DNA from: an uncultured Candidatus Saccharibacteria bacterium
Lineage (GTDB): Bacteria; Patescibacteriota; Minisyncoccia; Phycocordibacterales; EsbW-18
NCBI GenBank assembly: GCA_964520295.1
Contig: CAZFMQ010000002.1
Location: 1-48,378 of the forward strand
Length of the DNA: 48,378 nucleotides
Direction of reading: 5' to 3'
A program made the position numbers and the translations under genes. Under the pieces are notes generated by a model. It did no database searches. It saw nothing but the letters and a program-made list of their open reading frames with translations, and had not been told where the DNA came from. Of this stretch, positions 45,833-48,378 are shown piece by piece; positions within the stretch are counted from its first letter, which is position 1; each line of letters opens with the position of its first letter.

Positions 45833-46267
45833 TTACACACGACGTGGCTTCTTAGGACGTGGACCATTAAATGGAACAGGTGTTCGATCTTGCATTGCGG
45901 TGATGTTCGCACCACTTTTTGCAACAAAAGAACGGATAGCAGACTCGCGCCCTGATCCCACACCACTCACTACTACGGCAATTTCGCGGATACCAATGAG
46001 TTTTGCGCGGTCTCCAAGCAATTCACCCACCTTTGCAGCAGCAAATGGCGTACCTTTTTTAGCACCTTTATATCCAAGTGAACCGCTTGATGACCACGCT
46101 ACAACGTCGCCGGTTTTGCTTGCGAGCGATACTTTGGTGTTATTGTATGTTGCTTCAACAAACAACACACCTGTATCAAGGCGCTTCGCACGTGCAGAAC
46201 GTGATCCAGCTGTTTGTGCTGTACCTTCTGCTCCTCCTGATTTTGTTGCAACACGTTTCTTACCCAT
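45833..46267 (-). CDS. rpsK: 30S ribosomal protein S11
   Basis: GVLFVEATYNNTKVSLA...GSGRESAIR...TPVPFNGPRPKKPRR. Confidence 0.95.
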   Translation of the reverse strand: MGKKRVATKSGGAEGTAQTAGSRSARAKRLDTGVLFVEATYNNTKVSLASKTGDVVAWSSSGSLGYKGAKKGTPFAAAKVGELLGDRAKLIGIREIAVVVSGVGSGRESAIRSFVAKSGANITAMQDRTPVPFNGPRPKKPRRV

Positions 46268-46270
46268 AGA

Positions 46271-46651
46271 TTACTTGAGTTCAACTTTACGCTTACCTGA
46301 TCCCATTGTTTTACGAACGTTACCGCGCACCGTGCGAGAGTTTGTTTTTGTACGTTGACCACGTACCGGCAAACGACGGCTGTGACGCATACCACGGTTG
46401 GTGCCCGCATCCTTCAAACGCTTAATGTTACCTGAAACTTCTCGCTTCAAATCACCTTCAAGAATGTATCCTTCCAGTGCTTTTCGAATTGCGTTCTCCT
46501 CTGTCTCTGAAAGCTCCCCTGCTTTTTTGTCCGCAGGAACATTCGCAACCGTCAACACATTGAGGGCGCGTGAACGACCAATACCGTACACTGCAGTCAA
46601 TGCAAATGCGATCTGTTTCTTATCGGGAAGTGTAATACCTGCAATACGCAT
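46271..46651 (-). CDS. rpsM: 30S ribosomal protein S13
   Basis: MRIAGITLPDKKQIAFALTAVYGIG...RGQRTKTNSRT. Confidence 0.95.
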   Translation of the reverse strand: MRIAGITLPDKKQIAFALTAVYGIGRSRALNVLTVANVPADKKAGELSETEENAIRKALEGYILEGDLKREVSGNIKRLKDAGTNRGMRHSRRLPVRGQRTKTNSRTVRGNVRKTMGSGKRKVELK

Positions 46652-46669
46652 AAAATAAAAATACAGAAA

Positions 46670-46783
46670 TTAGCCTTGACGCTGTTTATGACGTGGGTTT
46701 TCGCAAATAACACGGACTCGACCCTTGCGACGGACGAGCTGGCATTTGATGCATCTTTTTTTGACTGATGATTTTACGCGCAT
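46670..46783 (-). CDS. rpmJ: 50S ribosomal protein L36
   Basis: Not in the ORF track (37 aa). Hand translation: [37 protein letters not shown]. Confidence 0.9.
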   Translation of the reverse strand: MRVKSSVKKRCIKCQLVRRKGRVRVICENPRHKQRQG

Positions 46784-46923
46784 ACGTGCATTTTTGACAG
46801 AACCTAAAACAGGCGTCCCTGTCAGACGTCAACACCACAGACCAAACGGCCGTATGTGAAGCCAAGATAATGTACCACAGCAGGACTTTCCCTGCAACAC
46901 CACGGCGGCCTTGCAGGCGTGGA

Positions 46924-47202
46924 TTAGAGGCGTTTTATGATGCGAGGACGGCCACCGTACTGGTCAAACAGCAATTCTACGCGATCGCCTACAATAATAC
47001 GGATGCGGTGGAGGCGCATTTTACCGCCTAACTGGGCGATATACGATGGTTTTTGTTCTACCCCCTCTATTGCCTCCTCGTCCGTTTCGTCGGGTTTGCG
47101 GTTAGCAGGAACCTGATCAACTTCCACACGAAAGAGCGCGTTGGCGAGTGCTTCAACGACCATACCTGTTATAAGTTCTGAACCTTCTGGGATTTTTGCC
47201 AT
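46924..47202 (-). CDS. infA: Translation initiation factor IF-1 with ~20-aa acidic insertion
   Basis: MAK...GMVVEALANALFRVEV ... GGKMRLHRIRIIVGDRVEL aligns to the S1-like OB fold of IF-1. It is 92 aa versus about 72 aa typical. Confidence 0.88.
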   Translation of the reverse strand: MAKIPEGSELITGMVVEALANALFRVEVDQVPANRKPDETDEEAIEGVEQKPSYIAQLGGKMRLHRIRIIVGDRVELLFDQYGGRPRIIKRL

Positions 47203-47220
47203 GTGGGGCGCTAGTATACC

Positions 47221-48378
47221 TTATTTTGTAGAATCAACAACAATATCGATGTCTTCTACATTAGATGGAAGCGAACGGCGCCAGAACGGACTGATGGCAA
47301 TATTCATGCTTTCAATTCCGGGGTAGGTGTCAACAATTGCATCTGCGGCAGATCGACGCTTTCCAGCGAGATCTTCTGCAAGTTGTTCGTGATCAAATTG
47401 CCATACCAAGTCAGTCACACCTGTTACCTTAATTGGTAGTTCTGTGGCAGTGGTGATGTCTGTTGAAGATGCGGCTGTCGTGATGGTGAGTGCATTGGTG
47501 TCCTGAAAACGGACTGGTGCCCCCTTATAATCAGCAACAAACTGACGGGCAATACTGCTACCAAGTGCTGCTTCCTCCAGTGCAGCAACATATGCAGTTC
47601 CCTTCATGCGTACTGACACCATACCAGCAGATGAGCCGTCCATATTTGGCAAGTTTTCAAAGGAAACCGTAACCGTCTCAGGAATGGCAATATAGCCATC
47701 CGGTACTGACGCAAGAATGCTTTCGGTGAGGTTAGATTCTAGTTGTGTTTTGATATTTGAGTATGCCGCGTCTGTATCTGCCTTTGCTGCGGTGCGCACG
47801 ACGCCTTCAAAGCCACCTTCCATCGGTGTTTTGGAACGTGCGTACACTTGTTCAAAAAGCGGATCATTGTTTTCACGGAATGCGGGCAAGACAAAATCAG
47901 TCAATCCGATGTTGTATTTCTCCCCTACTGCATCAGCGTACACCTCTATCTCCATAGAGCCAGGTACGGTTTCTCCCTTTGCATTTTTACTTGGGCCAGG
48001 CACTGATACAGATGTAGGTGTGCGGAATACCAGTCCGTCCGGCGTTGCAAATCGTGTATTCTTGATAAGAAGCAGTGGTGATTCTGATGAGTTGTTGTAC
48101 ACCACGATGCGCCCTGTTGCAGCTTTCTCAATACGCTCTTCCCCTGTTGCGGGTATTTCTACATTGCCCTCCTTATCAATAGAGACAGTATTAAATGACA
48201 CGGTGTTCTCTTCAGTTGGTGTTTTGAGAAGCGTGAAGGGATGGTCAAGTGAGACGAGGTTTCGTTTTGGCACAACGGTTACGGTGCCGTGTGAAAAGAG
48301 TGAAGAAAGTACAACAGCAAGAACGATAAGTCCCGCACAAACAATGCCACCTCGAATTGCGTACCGTTTCCATCGAGA
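47221..48378 (-). CDS. Membrane-anchored hypothetical protein (5' end outside window)
   Basis: The frame stays open to the window edge. Upstream of the ORF-track GTG it reads ...RWKRYAIRGGIVCAGLIVLAVVLSSLFSHGTVTVVPK (a TM helix). No family recognised. Confidence 0.6.
   Translation of the reverse strand, partial: SRWKRYAIRGGIVCAGLIVLAVVLSSLFSHGTVTVVPKRNLVSLDHPFTLLKTPTEENTVSFNTVSIDKEGNVEIPATGEERIEKAATGRIVVYNNSSESPLLLIKNTRFATPDGLVFRTPTSVSVPGPSKNAKGETVPGSMEIEVYADAVGEKYNIGLTDFVLPAFRENNDPLFEQVYARSKTPMEGGFEGVVRTAAKADTDAAYSNIKTQLESNLTESILASVPDGYIAIPETVTVSFENLPNMDGSSAGMVSVRMKGTAYVAALEEAALGSSIARQFVADYKGAPVRFQDTNALTITTAASSTDITTATELPIKVTGVTDLVWQFDHEQLAEDLAGKRRSAADAIVDTYPGIESMNIAISPFWRRSLPSNVEDIDIVVDSTK

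Noticed and set aside
1-48378. CRISPR arrays, rRNA genes, intact IS/transposons, alternative genetic code
   Set aside because: No regularly spaced direct repeats, no rRNA-like segments and no transposase with terminal inverted repeats were seen. All housekeeping ORFs are intact under the standard bacterial code.

Overview
Gene-dense 48.4 kb bacterial window. From about 5.6 kb to the end (about 50% GC by eye) it is housekeeping DNA. It looks like a reduced-genome, CPR/Patescibacteria-like organism; this is inferred from a short UvrC, an archaeal-size AspRS, short NadK, GluRS and L13, and several leaderless-looking starts.

Genes in this part: typA, uvrA-uvrC, ddl, two undecaprenyl-PP phosphatases, nadK, tRNA-Pro, tRNA-Ala, DUF1697, TfoX-N, rplU, recR, dnaB, cysS, an S41 peptidase, rplI, rpmA, an M23 peptidase, gltX, murG-ftsW-mraY, a DD-carboxypeptidase, scpAB, aspS, trpS, glyQS, grpE-dnaK-dnaJ, rpsI-rplM and rplQ-rpoA-rpsD-rpsK-rpsM-rpmJ-infA.

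The left 5.6 kb is a lower-GC copper/metal-handling island: a CsoR/RcnR-type repressor, a His-rich CPH-type P1B ATPase, a small membrane protein, DUF305, and a YVTN beta-propeller fused to DUF411/CopG. It ends in a 5'-truncated large serine recombinase placed head-to-head against a 5'-truncated ABC exporter.

No CRISPR array, rRNA or intact transposon was seen, and I recognise no complete known defence system. Things worth a second look:
- Three compositionally foreign, self-contained cassettes at 9.3-10.0 kb, 14.0-14.1 kb and 35.9-36.6 kb. They carry an orphan 157-aa basic-tailed protein, an unclassified ~117-nt structured RNA, and a phage-type ClpP-like protease. All three have a perfect TTGACA promoter and the same TTTTTTATTTG terminator tail.
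- A GIY-YIG ORF whose last codons are the first 15 nt of tRNA-Ala, preceded by a rearranged echo of the tRNA 5' half.
- The island junction at about 5.6 kb.

All family calls rest on motifs read by eye; nothing was searched or computed.
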